DNA of 64,000 nucleotides from an uncultured Acidobacteriota bacterium (GTDB taxonomy: Bacteria; Acidobacteriota; Blastocatellia; RBC074), in NCBI GenBank assembly GCA_963800895.1, contig CAWDDA010000016.1, positions 45,901 to 109,900 of the forward strand. The letters are read 5' to 3'. The notes below the pieces were generated by a model. The model saw only the letters and a list, made by a program, of their open reading frames with translations. It was not told the origin of the DNA and did no database searches. The translations under genes were made by a program, and so were the position numbers. This document shows positions 19,923 through 30,209 of the stretch, one piece after another; within the stretch, counting starts at the first letter, position 1; every line of letters starts with the position of its first letter.

Positions 19923-22151
19923 ATGAGCCGATCGGAACGAATCAGCCTCGTACCTACTGGGCTCGGTCACACCAAACCTCATCACTATCGCGATATGGTC
20001 CGTATTGCCTGGCGCAATCGCGACCAGCTCCCTTATGCATGGCGGATACTCACGCGCGGCGTCTGTGACGGTTGTGCTCTCGGAACCACCGGTCTCCACG
20101 ACTTCACGATCGAGGGAGTTCATCTTTGCATGGTACGCCTCGAGCTGCTGAGGCTGAACACAGCGCCGGCTCTTGATGTGCGCATGCTCGAGGATGCTGA
20201 GAATCTGGCAAAGCTCAATTCGCAGGAGCTGAGAGAGCTCGGCCGCCTGCCGTTTCCTATGCTGCGTAGAAGAGGCGATCGGGGATTCCAACGCATAAGC
20301 TGGGATGAAGCCATCGCACTTGCCGGGGCTACAGCCGCTCGAACCGACCCTCGAAGGATCGCCATTTATCTCACGAGCCGTGGCCTTACAAACGAAGCCT
20401 ATTACGTGACGCAGAAAGTGGCACGATTCCTTGGCACTAACAACGTCGACAATTCAGCTCGCATCTGCCACTCTCCATCAACGGTCGCTCTCAAAAGTGC
20501 CCTCGGCGTTCCAGCTTCAACGTGCTCTTACTCGGATTGGATTGGCTCTGACCTTCTGATCCTCTTCGGCAGCAACACCCCCAACAATCAACCGGTCACA
20601 ACCAAGTACATCTATGAAGCAAAAAAGAAGGGAACGAAGGTTGTCGTTGTCAACCCCTATCGAGAACCGGGCCTTGAACGCTACTGGATACCTTCAATAG
20701 CGAGTAGCGCGCTTTTCGGCACGAAGATCGCCGAGGAGTTTTTTCACGTCAATATCAATGGCGATCGCGCCTTTATTGCGGGAGTGATCAGGCATCTAAT
20801 CGAACAGGGCTGGATAGACAATCACTTCGTGAATGAATACACCGAAGGCTTTGACGTTCTGGAGGGCAGTCTCAAAGAGAAACCCTGGGAAGCCTTTGAA
20901 GCAGCTTCAGGCACGACTCGCGACGAGATGCTGAGATTCGCACGCATCCTGTCGAAGGCCCAATCCGCCGTCTTTGTCTGGTCGATGGGCATCACACAGC
21001 ATCACTCAGGAGTGAACAATGTGCGGGCAATCATAGACCTTGCGCTGAGTCGAGGTTTCGTCGGCAAAGCTAAGAGTGGTCTGATGCCTATTCGTGGCCA
21101 TTCCGGGGTGCAAGGTGGATCGGAAGTCGGGGCGGTTCCGTATCAGTTTCCCGGCGGCGTGGCAGTTGACGAAGCTGGTGCGGCGCGCATGCACGATCTT
21201 TGGGGATTCGAAGTACCATCGACCCGAGGATTGAATGCCGTCGAGATGATCGATGCGGCCGCGCGCGGTGAGATCGACTGGTTCTATCAGATCGGAGGCA
21301 ACTTTCTGGAGACGCTTCCCGAGCCGGAGTATGTGCGTGAGGCAGTCGCGAGAATCCCCCATCGAATTGCTCAGGATATCGTACTCAGTCCGCATATGTT
21401 TGTTGAGCCGCGCGACACTGTGTTGCTGTTGCCAGCTCGTACACGTTATGAGCAGCGAGGCGGAGGAACCGAGACGACGACTGAACGGCGTATCATCTTC
21501 AGCCCGGAGATTCCGGGGCGCCGCATTGGCGAAGCTCGCTCGGAATGGGAGATACCAATGCTTATTGCAGAGCGAGCGAGGTCGCGCGATTCCCACTTGA
21601 TCCACTTTGAAGGCAGCGAATCGGTTCGGCGTGAAATCTCAGCCGCTGTTCCGTTTTATGCCGGCATCGAGAACCTGCGCGAAGCCGGCGATGCGATTCA
21701 GTGGGGCGGCCAACGGCTCTGCGAGGACGACAGCGGCCGTCCACATTTCCCGACTGCAAATGAACGTGCGAGATTTTCGGCCATCGAGATAGACGAGCCC
21801 GGACAGCTGAAATCCAACGGGCGCTTTCGATTGGCAACGCGGCGCGGAAAGCAGTTCAACAGCATGATCCAGAGTGACTATGATCCGTTAACCGGTGCAA
21901 GGCGCGATCATGTCTTCATCAGCCGTGTCGACGCTGAGGAACTTGGCATCCTCGATGGGGATCGAGTCATCCTCCGTAGCGATATCGGCGAGTTTCGTGG
22001 CCGGTGCCGCTTATCACCAATTACGCCGGGCAACGTCGAAGTGCATTGGCCGGAAGGCAATGTCCTGGTCAAGCGGGGAATAGTCGATGCGGAATGTGGA
22101 ATACCTGATTTCAATGCTACTGTGACGATCGAAGCCGCAACTGAGAAATGA
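19923..22151 (+). CDS. Molybdopterin oxidoreductase, formate-dehydrogenase-like YdeP/YjiM family
   Basis: 742 aa; N-terminal ...[15 protein letters not shown]... Cys cluster; SARICHSPS molybdopterin-binding region; length and order match FdhF-like YdeP family. Confidence 0.7.
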   Translation: MSRSERISLVPTGLGHTKPHHYRDMVRIAWRNRDQLPYAWRILTRGVCDGCALGTTGLHDFTIEGVHLCMVRLELLRLNTAPALDVRMLEDAENLAKLNSQELRELGRLPFPMLRRRGDRGFQRISWDEAIALAGATAARTDPRRIAIYLTSRGLTNEAYYVTQKVARFLGTNNVDNSARICHSPSTVALKSALGVPASTCSYSDWIGSDLLILFGSNTPNNQPVTTKYIYEAKKKGTKVVVVNPYREPGLERYWIPSIASSALFGTKIAEEFFHVNINGDRAFIAGVIRHLIEQGWIDNHFVNEYTEGFDVLEGSLKEKPWEAFEAASGTTRDEMLRFARILSKAQSAVFVWSMGITQHHSGVNNVRAIIDLALSRGFVGKAKSGLMPIRGHSGVQGGSEVGAVPYQFPGGVAVDEAGAARMHDLWGFEVPSTRGLNAVEMIDAAARGEIDWFYQIGGNFLETLPEPEYVREAVARIPHRIAQDIVLSPHMFVEPRDTVLLLPARTRYEQRGGGTETTTERRIIFSPEIPGRRIGEARSEWEIPMLIAERARSRDSHLIHFEGSESVRREISAAVPFYAGIENLREAGDAIQWGGQRLCEDDSGRPHFPTANERARFSAIEIDEPGQLKSNGRFRLATRRGKQFNSMIQSDYDPLTGARRDHVFISRVDAEELGILDGDRVILRSDIGEFRGRCRLSPITPGNVEVHWPEGNVLVKRGIVDAECGIPDFNATVTIEAATEK

Positions 22152-22989
22152 CAAACGTTCCGCATAACAGTACCAGGGTCGTGGCCACTCCTCCCTCGGG
22201 TCCGTAAACTCCTCCAGTCAGCCATACAGGCTCGGCGCTCTCCGCAACAAGCAGAGGACGCGCCGGCACGTGCAGGCCGCTAACCGGCAATCCGTAAAGC
22301 GCACCCATCGTCCAGTTCCACCCGATATGAAGTCCGGTCGGGAACCACAGGGTCCGTGTCTTCAGGTAAGCCACGCCCAGCCAGATTCCCGCGAGAAAAG
22401 TGTTCGCAGTAGAAAGTAATGTCGGCGACGGATTGTTTGAGTGAGCAATTGCAAAAATTAATGCCGAGATGACGACCGCTACTGCAGACGGAAGACTGCG
22501 AAGAAGTGTTTGGAGCGGATAGCCTCGAAAGAGAATCTCTTCAAAACTGGCAGAGACACCGAACAGAAGCAATGCGCCAAAGACCTCATAGAATGCTTCG
22601 AGCGCTGGAGTCGGGTAAACTTTGATCGCAGTTCCCCCACCGAGGCTCTGAATCAGCACTACCAGACCTATCATCACAAAGCTGAGCCCAAAGCCGATCC
22701 CAATGTCACGCGCACATCTTCTATGGGGAGAGAATCCCAGTGATAAGAAGTCGACCTGATCAACGAAATGCAGACAGATCCAGGAGATAAAGAGCACCCA
22801 GGTGATCGCGACAAAATAAAAGACGATCGCAGCCGTACTCACGGGAACTTCGTTGCCCTGCGCAATCTGCGGGGCGTTGCTATAGAGGAAGGACGCAAAC
22901 TGCGGAAGGACTACTAGCGCCGAGAAAATGGCAAGACGCCAACCACCACGAAGGATATGAGTATCGGGATTGATGAAAACGGTCATCAT
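22117..22989 (-). CDS. CPBP family intramembrane metalloprotease (CAAX protease/Abi)
   Basis: [11 protein letters not shown] and FAIAHSNN motifs (PF02517). Track ORF extends to 23361 through a repeat element; biologically plausible start is MMTVFINPD... at 22989. Confidence 0.65.
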   Translation of the reverse strand: MMTVFINPDTHILRGGWRLAIFSALVVLPQFASFLYSNAPQIAQGNEVPVSTAAIVFYFVAITWVLFISWICLHFVDQVDFLSLGFSPHRRCARDIGIGFGLSFVMIGLVVLIQSLGGGTAIKVYPTPALEAFYEVFGALLLFGVSASFEEILFRGYPLQTLLRSLPSAVAVVISALIFAIAHSNNPSPTLLSTANTFLAGIWLGVAYLKTRTLWFPTGLHIGWNWTMGALYGLPVSGLHVPARPLLVAESAEPVWLTGGVYGPEGGVATTLVLLCGTFVISQLRLRSSQ

Positions 22990-23350
22990 CTCTTCAGTAT
23001 GGAGTTCAGCTTTAGCTTTGCTCCTGGGAGCGCCGGCCTCTGGCCGGCGCGTCGTTGCGAAGCAGCCAATGTTGCCGAAGGCGACAAATTCAATAGCCGG
23101 TGGCAACGCCACCGGAATGAAAAGAGCAGCCCATTCCGACCCTGAAAGGGTCGCATAGCACAAGTCTTCGACCCTTGCAGGGTCGAACCATTCTTCTACG
23201 TTCCGGTGGCGTTGCCACCGGCTATTGAATTTGACGCCTTCGGCGTCAACCGAGACCCGCAACATGGCCAACTCCAGTGCGCTGCTTCGCAGCCAAGAGC
23301 CGGCCGGGAGGCCGGCGTTCCCAGGAACAAGCTGAAGCTTGAACTCAAAC
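22990..23350. repeat. Mosaic (BIME-like) element: family C arms > GC-rich CCGGCC palindrome > family E > CGACCC hairpins
   Basis: Four nested dyad levels read directly. Confidence 0.8.
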
Positions 23351-23387
23351 TCACATCGCATGCTATGATCGCGCGCAAGTGACGTGA

Positions 23388-24923
23388 ATGTTACCTAAGC
23401 TCCGCTCACTCTACAAAAGCGACACTGCATTCTCAATTACGCTGGCGACGGTGTTTCTGCTGCTTTCGATCGTTGGCGTCTTTCAGCACGAGATGTGGCG
23501 AGACGAGCTGGAGAACTGGCTCGTTCCGCGAGACAGTTCGTCGCTCGCCGAACTTTTTCATATCAGGAGATACGGCGGCCACCCGGCGTTATGGTACCTG
23601 ATCCTGTATCCTCTCTCTCGCGTCACACGCGACGCGCTTGCAATGCAGCTTGTTCACGTTGTGCTGGCTTCGGCTGCAATTTTCATATTTGCGCGGTGGT
23701 CACCGTTTAGCAGACTTCAAAAGCTGCTCTTTTCGTTCGGCTACTTTCCCTTTTTCGAATATGCAGTCATCAGCCGTAACTACGTCCTCAGCGAACTGCT
23801 TATCTTTGCTTTTTGCGCGTTGCTTGGAACAGCGCGAACGAGACCGTTATATCTTGCGATAGTTCTCTTTCTTCTCGCCAATACCACGATTTATGGCCTG
23901 ATCATTGCCATCGCGATGACCCTGGCACTTCTCTATAGATGGATCATCGAGACGCAATCCAGCCGAGGGGTCACTCCAGGATGGAAAGAGATAGTCCTCA
24001 GCCTGACAATCGTAGCGGTCGGCGTGGCAGCCGCAGTGCTCTCGGTTATGCAGCCGCCAGATGCGGGGTTCGCAGCTGCGTGGAACCTGAACCTGGACCT
24101 CCGCAAGGCAGCTATCGTCCTGACTACGATCTTTCAGGCCTATGTGCCTGTTCCAAACTTCTTCGACTACCACTTCTGGAACACCAACATCTTCATGCGC
24201 GGTGCCGGGTCGATAGTTGCCGCCTTTTTATCAGCAGGCCTGCTCGCGTTTTCGGCCGCTCTGTTTGCACGCACACGAGCTGTTCTGTTGCTGTATCTTA
24301 CCGGCACGTTCGGGATTCTACTGTTTACCTACGTGAAGTATTACGGCTACTTGAGACACAACGGGAATCTGTATCTGGTCTTGATAGCCTGCCTTTGGCT
24401 TTCGTCCAGTGTTTTAGAGAAGGGCCAAGGACAAACAACTCCGAGCCCAGTCACGAGCTTCATTCAGCGTTACAAAGGAGCGTTTATTACCGCCATTTTA
24501 TGCCTTCAAATCCCTGGTGGAATATTTGCCTGGGGAATGGACCTCGTCTATCCCTTTTCAGCTATTCGGGCAACAGCAGATTACATCAAGGCGGCTGGTC
24601 TGCAGGAAATGCGCGTGGTTGCGAGTGATGAGCGGTTTGTTTCACCGATCACCGGATATCTGGAGAAGACATTCTATTACCCTGATAGCGAACGGTTCGG
24701 GACTCACATCGTGTACAACGCCGGAACGCGCGGACGTAGTTCGACCGAAATACTCGAGCGAGCTCGACAGTTCCTGAATCAGGGACAGCCAGCGGTGCTA
24801 CTTGTCTTGTCATTCAAGCTCAAGGACCCTTCACCTGATCTGACGATCAAAGAACTCAAACACTTCGAAAGTGGCATAGTCGGTGATGAGGAGTATTTCC
24901 TGTATCTCGTAGGTCTGATGTAA
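23388..24923 (+). CDS. GT-C fold membrane glycosyltransferase-like protein (ArnT/PMT-like), paralog 1
   Basis: 511 aa, approximately 11-13 TM helices plus C-terminal soluble domain; first loop HEMWRDELENW resembles DE(x)RYAE motif of GT39/GT83. Confidence 0.45.
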   Translation: MLPKLRSLYKSDTAFSITLATVFLLLSIVGVFQHEMWRDELENWLVPRDSSSLAELFHIRRYGGHPALWYLILYPLSRVTRDALAMQLVHVVLASAAIFIFARWSPFSRLQKLLFSFGYFPFFEYAVISRNYVLSELLIFAFCALLGTARTRPLYLAIVLFLLANTTIYGLIIAIAMTLALLYRWIIETQSSRGVTPGWKEIVLSLTIVAVGVAAAVLSVMQPPDAGFAAAWNLNLDLRKAAIVLTTIFQAYVPVPNFFDYHFWNTNIFMRGAGSIVAAFLSAGLLAFSAALFARTRAVLLLYLTGTFGILLFTYVKYYGYLRHNGNLYLVLIACLWLSSSVLEKGQGQTTPSPVTSFIQRYKGAFITAILCLQIPGGIFAWGMDLVYPFSAIRATADYIKAAGLQEMRVVASDERFVSPITGYLEKTFYYPDSERFGTHIVYNAGTRGRSSTEILERARQFLNQGQPAVLLVLSFKLKDPSPDLTIKELKHFESGIVGDEEYFLYLVGLM

Positions 24924-24930
24924 CTCGCCC

Positions 24931-26484
24931 ATGTCATTGACCAGTCGAATCAGACAAAGATTGTCCGATCCATACATGGCAATTGCGTCCGTAGTTTTGG
25001 TCGCTGTAACAACGTTCGTTACAGTTCGTTCCTGTGTGATGGCGGCGACAATCGATGAATCGCGCACTTACTTCGAGCATATCCAAAGAGGGTTTTGGTT
25101 TATCCTCAACGATTTTCACGGTCAGAATCACACCTTGCAGTCAATCGCAACGTACTGGTTTACCAGTCTCTTCGGACTTTCACTATTTACTCTTCGGCTG
25201 GGATCAATCATCGGCATGGTGATCTACACGCTTGCGTGTATGAGACTGGCCCGCATTTACACCAGAGAACCACTGCTGTATGCGCTGACACTGCTGGCAC
25301 TGACGATCAATCCGCTTGTGCTCGACATGGCTGTGCTCGCTCGCGGTTACAGCCTGGCGCTCGGATTCTTCGCGGCGGCACTCGCGATCTGTGCTACCCA
25401 GGTTCAGAAAGAGAGCGAAGCACAGGAATGGAGAAATACACTCAAGAGTTCAATTCTCGTGAGTTGTTTCTGCAGCCTTTCTGTTGCTGCCAACCTGTCT
25501 TTTGCATTCGCGAATATCAGCTTGATCGCCGTGTATGGTGTATGGACGTCGCTCCGCATGTTTGGAAAGACGGAATTAGACTCGTGGTTGAGGAAGACTG
25601 CGGTCAATACGCTGACGCTGGGATTGCCGGGTGCAGTGGTCTATCTCGTCGTTAATCCGTCGATCATACGAATCAGCTTTGAGACGATCTATTTCGGCTC
25701 CAGATCCTGGCGCGCAACCTACCACGATCTGCTGTCGATCCTCTTTGGGAATCCGATGCCGGCACTCGCGTTCCTTCCGCTTGCGCGAATGGCGCATTAC
25801 ATACTGATACTGCTCGGAGTTCTCGTTTTAGCTTACATTGCTCTGGTGATTTTTGGGTTGTTCGACAGCAAGAAATCTTTGCCGAAAATCGATCAACACG
25901 GCAGGAACTGGCTGTTTCTGGTGATCGTCTTCACGGTGACAGTGTCAATTCATACGCTCGATCATCACTGGCTCTCGGGTCGCCCGCTCCCGCTCAACAG
26001 AACCGGACTATTTCTTCTTCCTCTCGGGTTTCTGATCTCTGCCGCTGCGATCGCAGGCCTGAAAAATTACAGAGTTGCATGGCTTGGACCAGGGTTTTCC
26101 AGGTTTCTCGGTTACAGCGGAAGATTGCTCTTCGCACTTCTGGTCCTGTCGTTCGTGATCTGTTTGCGAGTGTCGTGGGTTTTCTTGTGGAAGTACGATG
26201 CCGGTGCACCTGAAGTCGTGCAAGCGGTATCCACGTACGCCAGAGAACACGGCATCCAGAGAATCGGCGTCGAATGGCATCTCTCCGCAGCCATGCGTTT
26301 CCACGCGGGACTTCAACCTCAGATAAGCTTGCCGGAGATCCATGACTTGCACGACAACACGAGCACGGCCGGCGAGTCGCTCTTCGTGCTGCCTGACCGC
26401 AACTATATGACCATTGGGCAGGAGCATCTCAAGATCATTTATGAACATCCCCTTTCCAAAGTTGTGGTGGCCGTAAGACAGTAG
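24931..26484 (+). CDS. GT-C fold membrane glycosyltransferase-like protein, paralog 2
   Basis: 517 aa, same architecture; ATIDESRTYFEHI loop motif; tandem duplicate of upstream gene. Confidence 0.45.
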   Translation: MSLTSRIRQRLSDPYMAIASVVLVAVTTFVTVRSCVMAATIDESRTYFEHIQRGFWFILNDFHGQNHTLQSIATYWFTSLFGLSLFTLRLGSIIGMVIYTLACMRLARIYTREPLLYALTLLALTINPLVLDMAVLARGYSLALGFFAAALAICATQVQKESEAQEWRNTLKSSILVSCFCSLSVAANLSFAFANISLIAVYGVWTSLRMFGKTELDSWLRKTAVNTLTLGLPGAVVYLVVNPSIIRISFETIYFGSRSWRATYHDLLSILFGNPMPALAFLPLARMAHYILILLGVLVLAYIALVIFGLFDSKKSLPKIDQHGRNWLFLVIVFTVTVSIHTLDHHWLSGRPLPLNRTGLFLLPLGFLISAAAIAGLKNYRVAWLGPGFSRFLGYSGRLLFALLVLSFVICLRVSWVFLWKYDAGAPEVVQAVSTYAREHGIQRIGVEWHLSAAMRFHAGLQPQISLPEIHDLHDNTSTAGESLFVLPDRNYMTIGQEHLKIIYEHPLSKVVVAVRQ

Positions 26485-26543
26485 TCGTTAGATTGTTGGA
26501 GTGGCTGCCTGATGATAGAGTCGGCCGTGTGGCGCAACCGTGT

Positions 26544-26861
26544 ATGATTCACATCAGCGTTGGCAAGGAAAGCCTCACGATACCGTTTCACGTTCTACCT
26601 CGAGCTTCACAAACAAAAATTGTGGGCGAGATAGATGGAGCGGTGAAGATACGCGTGGCGGCACCACCCGTTGATGGAGCGGCCAACCTCGAACTTATCA
26701 AATTTGTTTCGAAACTTCTCGATATCCCGCGAAACAGAGTCGAGATCGCATCCGGCACGCTTTCGAGACACAAGCTTTTGCGGGTTACGGGTGTCAGTGT
26801 AGAACGTTGCACGAGCGCATTTCAGAAGATAGGTCTTGGCGCGTGTGAAGTCCCGCGTTAA
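26544..26861 (+). CDS. DUF167 (YggU/UPF0235) family protein
   Basis: MIHISVGKESLTIPFHVLPRASQTKIVGEIDGAVKIRVAAPPVDGAANLELIKFVSKLL typical YggU. Confidence 0.6.
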   Translation: MIHISVGKESLTIPFHVLPRASQTKIVGEIDGAVKIRVAAPPVDGAANLELIKFVSKLLDIPRNRVEIASGTLSRHKLLRVTGVSVERCTSAFQKIGLGACEVPR

Positions 26862-26869
26862 GAAGTACG

Positions 26870-27751
26870 ATGCTCTACCGCGAGTCTAAACCTGGACAGC
26901 CACTCTCCGCTCACATCGAGTGTATTTGGACGCTCGAAGGACGTGATTCAGCTCATCTTCAACAGGAAGCGTCCAGCCCGGAGCGATTGCTTCCTGACGG
27001 TTGCGTCGAGATGATCCTCAATTTTGGCGCTCCGTTCCGCGAGCACCGGGAAGGCAACCGAAGCGAGTTGCAGCCACTGCGTTTTGTAGTCGGCCAGATG
27101 ACACGTCCGGTCCTGGTTTCACCTACTGGTTCTGTCTGCCTGTTGGGGGTGCGCTTTCTTCCCGGAGGGACGCTGGGAATCCTGGACATTCCACCGTACG
27201 AATTGACTAATGCCATCGTGCCGCTTTTCGATATCTCAGGCTCACTCGATCGCGAGATTTGCCAGTGCGCTCAGGAAACGAGCAGTCTGTCGGAAAAGGT
27301 GCGCATAATAGAGAATCTGCTCCTGCGGAAGATGCTTGCACGAGACGAACGTGGCGCGTCATTGCGAAGCGCAATCTCTAACATTCTCTCGTGCGGAGGA
27401 CAGATTTCGGTGGACCGGCTTGCGAGCGACACGGGAATTAGTGGTCGTCAGCTCGAGAGACGTTTCGTGAGCGAGGTCGGAATTGGGCCGAAGCTTCTGT
27501 GCCGGGTCTTACGTTTTCAGCAGGTGTTCCAGGCAGTGGAACGCTCTGATCGAAACTGGGCCAGAATCGCTGCTGATTGCGGATATTACGATCAGGCACA
27601 TCTGATTCGCGATTTCCAGCAGTTCGCAGGACAGACACCATCCGTCCTGTTTGACCACTTCACACAGTTCGCAGAGTTCTTTGTTCGCAAGAGCCGCGCG
27701 TCGGATTTTTACAATACTCAACACCAGTTGGGTCTTATGCTCAGCCCATGA
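26870..27751 (+). CDS. AraC family transcriptional regulator
   Basis: C-terminal IAADCGYYDQAHLIRDFQQFAGQTPS HTH_AraC signature. Confidence 0.75.
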   Translation: MLYRESKPGQPLSAHIECIWTLEGRDSAHLQQEASSPERLLPDGCVEMILNFGAPFREHREGNRSELQPLRFVVGQMTRPVLVSPTGSVCLLGVRFLPGGTLGILDIPPYELTNAIVPLFDISGSLDREICQCAQETSSLSEKVRIIENLLLRKMLARDERGASLRSAISNILSCGGQISVDRLASDTGISGRQLERRFVSEVGIGPKLLCRVLRFQQVFQAVERSDRNWARIAADCGYYDQAHLIRDFQQFAGQTPSVLFDHFTQFAEFFVRKSRASDFYNTQHQLGLMLSP

Positions 27752-28266
27752 AAATTACAACATCTGGCAGATTGTGGCTTGGAACTGTCCTTGTACTGTT
27801 CGGGTTGGTATCGACCGTCCCGCGCACAACTGAGGCTCAGGAACCAGGATCATCGTCAAAGACTTTCAAGATCGAGGACCTCGCGTGGCTGAGTGGTGAC
27901 TGGGAGACAAGTCCGGGTCGAGCACAGATTGATGAACACTGGACCTCCCCGTCTGGCGGTTCAATGATGGGTGTAAGCCGGACCGTGGCAGGGGGACGGA
28001 CCGTTTTCTATGAATATCTTCGAATAGAAGCGCGCGGGACCGACATATTTTATGTGGCGCATCCGAAAGCAAGGACTCCCGGCACAGACTTCAAGCTTAT
28101 GAAAATAAACGGGCAGGAAGCTGTTTTCGAGAACCTGGCTCACGATTTTCCGAAGCGCATCATTTATCGAAGGAACGCCGATGGCACCCTCACGGCGCGG
28201 ATCGAAGGTGACGGAACGGAGAAAGAGAAACCGCAGGACTTCCTCTATCGACCAATAAAGAAGTGA
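27748..28266 (+). CDS. Secreted hypothetical protein (signal peptide; DUF-type beta-rich domain)
   Basis: MKITTSGRLWLGTVLVLFGLVS signal; no catalytic motif. Confidence 0.4.
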   Translation: MKITTSGRLWLGTVLVLFGLVSTVPRTTEAQEPGSSSKTFKIEDLAWLSGDWETSPGRAQIDEHWTSPSGGSMMGVSRTVAGGRTVFYEYLRIEARGTDIFYVAHPKARTPGTDFKLMKINGQEAVFENLAHDFPKRIIYRRNADGTLTARIEGDGTEKEKPQDFLYRPIKK

Positions 28267-28267
28267 T

Positions 28268-28600
28268 GGGAGCGCCAGGCTCCAGCCTGGCGACTGAAGC
28301 TTGGCCATTTCTTGGCTCCGGAGGAGCCCGATGTTTATAGTAGCGAATGGAAAGGGTGAAGAGCTCCGGAGGAGCGGCATCTGATTTCGGACCCTGCTGC
28401 CGCTCCTCCGGAGCTCGCTTTGTTTTTCGCATGTTACTATAAACATTGGGCTCCTCTGGAGCCGTGTGCTGCTTCGCAGCGATTTCGCCAGGCGCCAGCC
28501 AGGCGCGTCATCCCGACCAACTTCTTCGCCGACAATACACGCGCCAGGCTGGAGCCTGGCGCTCCCAGACGACGCGTTGAGGGTCCGACGATCCAGGGGT
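28268..28600. repeat. Three-level nested palindromes (family D GGAGCGCCAGGCTCCAGCCTGGCG; GGCTCCGGAGGAGC; GAGCTCCGGAGGAGCGGC) upstream of iscS
   Basis: Read directly. Confidence 0.75.
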
Positions 28601-28634
28601 TTATTCCGTGTTTTCGGTGGTTTACACTTAAGGG

Positions 28635-29849
28635 ATGAAGAGGGTTTACCTCGATAACAGCGCGACCACTCGAGTGGATGACGAAGTCGTGCAGGCGATG
28701 CTTCCATACTTCAGCGAAGATTATGGCAATGCATCGAGCACGCACTACTGGGGACAGCGCGCGAAGACAGCGATCGAGGATGCGCGCAGCAAAGTTGCCA
28801 GGCTGCTGAATGCGCAGAGCTCCGAGATAACCTTCCTTTCCGGAGGAACGGAAGGCGACAATCTTGCCATCAAGGGAATTGCCGAAGCGCACTCCGCTCA
28901 CGGTCGTCATATTATTACGACACAGATTGAGCATTCAGCCGTTCGCTCAACTTGTGCTCATCTCGAGAAGCTCGGATGGCGCGTGACATGGTTGCCAGTC
29001 TACAGCGAGGGTATTGTCAGGGTGGAAGACGTTCGGGATGCGCTTACCGGCGAGACAACCCTCATAACAATCATGCATGCCAACAATGAGATTGGCACGC
29101 TTCAGCCTATTCGAGAGATTGGTGCGCTTGTTCGAGAGTGTCGTGAAGCGGGCCAGCGCCATTTGTTCTTGCACACCGATGCCGTGCAGTCGGTCGGCAA
29201 AGTGAAAGTTGACGTGCAGGAGCTGGGAGTCGATCTGCTTTCGTTTTCAGGGCACAAGATTCATGGTCCGAAGGGGATTGGCGCGCTTTACACTCGACGA
29301 GGAGTGCGAATTGCTTCCCAGCTTCACGGCGGCCACCACGAGCGTGATCGACGCTCTGGAACAGAAAGCGTGCCTCTGATTGTAGGGCTGGGAAAAGCTT
29401 CCGAGCTTGCTTCGCAGCATCTCGAAGAGCGTTCCCGGCACATTCGGGTTTTACGCGACTATTTCGAGAGTGAGCTCATGCGGCAAATTCCGGATATTTC
29501 CTGCAATGGAGATCGCGAACGTCGTGTGCCAAATATTTCGAACTTTAACTTTGAATACTGCGAAGGCGAAGGTCTGCAGATATCGCTCGATCTCAAGGGC
29601 ATTGCAGTCTCTACCGGCTCTGCGTGCGCATCAGGATCGATCGAACCATCGCATGTACTTATTGCCATAGGCCTCCCACGTGATGCTGGTCATGGCTCGA
29701 TCCGGTTCAGCCTTTGCAAGGACACAACCAGAGAAGATCTTGATCATGTTCTCGAAATTCTGCCGGCAATAGTTCAGAAGCTGCGAAGCATATCGCCTCT
29801 GGCACAGTTGCGGGCACAGACAAATGATGTACAGCGCCAAAGTACTTGA
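28635..29849 (+). CDS. iscS: Cysteine desulfurase (IscS/NifS family)
   Basis: MKRVYLDNSATTRVD...SGGTEGDNLAIKG...SFSGHKIHGPKGIGALY; 404 aa. Confidence 0.85.
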   Translation: MKRVYLDNSATTRVDDEVVQAMLPYFSEDYGNASSTHYWGQRAKTAIEDARSKVARLLNAQSSEITFLSGGTEGDNLAIKGIAEAHSAHGRHIITTQIEHSAVRSTCAHLEKLGWRVTWLPVYSEGIVRVEDVRDALTGETTLITIMHANNEIGTLQPIREIGALVRECREAGQRHLFLHTDAVQSVGKVKVDVQELGVDLLSFSGHKIHGPKGIGALYTRRGVRIASQLHGGHHERDRRSGTESVPLIVGLGKASELASQHLEERSRHIRVLRDYFESELMRQIPDISCNGDRERRVPNISNFNFEYCEGEGLQISLDLKGIAVSTGSACASGSIEPSHVLIAIGLPRDAGHGSIRFSLCKDTTREDLDHVLEILPAIVQKLRSISPLAQLRAQTNDVQRQST

Positions 29850-30204
29850 ACACATCGAGAATCCGAAAAACGTCGGAGCGATGAAAGACGCGACGACACG
29901 CGGTGAAGCCACGAACCCGGTTTGCGGTGATCTGCTTCATTTCTATTTGAAGATAGTCGACGGAGAGATTGCTGAGGCAAGCTTCATGGCTCACGGATGT
30001 CCTCCGACTATTGCCGCCGCCTCGGCACTAACCGAGATGATTACTGGCGCTACAGCTGAGCGAGCGCGAGCGTTGCGGCCCGACGATGTGACACGCGCGC
30101 TCGAATATCTGCCTCCAAACAAGGAACACTGTTCAATTCTTGCAATCGATGCGCTCGCCGCAGCGCTCCCGCCACTCGTACCGCAACAGACTGGCGTGAT
30201 ATAA
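29824..30204 (+). CDS. NifU/IscU-like Fe-S cluster assembly scaffold (N-terminal NifU domain)
   Basis: NPKNVGAM...NPVCGDLL...HGCPPTIAAAS...KEHCS conserved Cys triad; overlaps iscS 3' end. Confidence 0.75.
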   Translation: MMYSAKVLEHIENPKNVGAMKDATTRGEATNPVCGDLLHFYLKIVDGEIAEASFMAHGCPPTIAAASALTEMITGATAERARALRPDDVTRALEYLPPNKEHCSILAIDALAAALPPLVPQQTGVI

Positions 30205-30209
30205 ACTCC

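Noticed and set aside
22990-23361. N-terminal 124 aa of the CPBP protease track ORF
   Set aside because: Translation of the nested palindromic repeat; homology to CPBP starts at MMTVFINPD (22989).
27961-28707. 248-aa minus-strand ORF across the 28.3-28.6 kb repeat block
   Set aside because: Reads through palindromic repeats and antisense to iscS start; no protein-like features.
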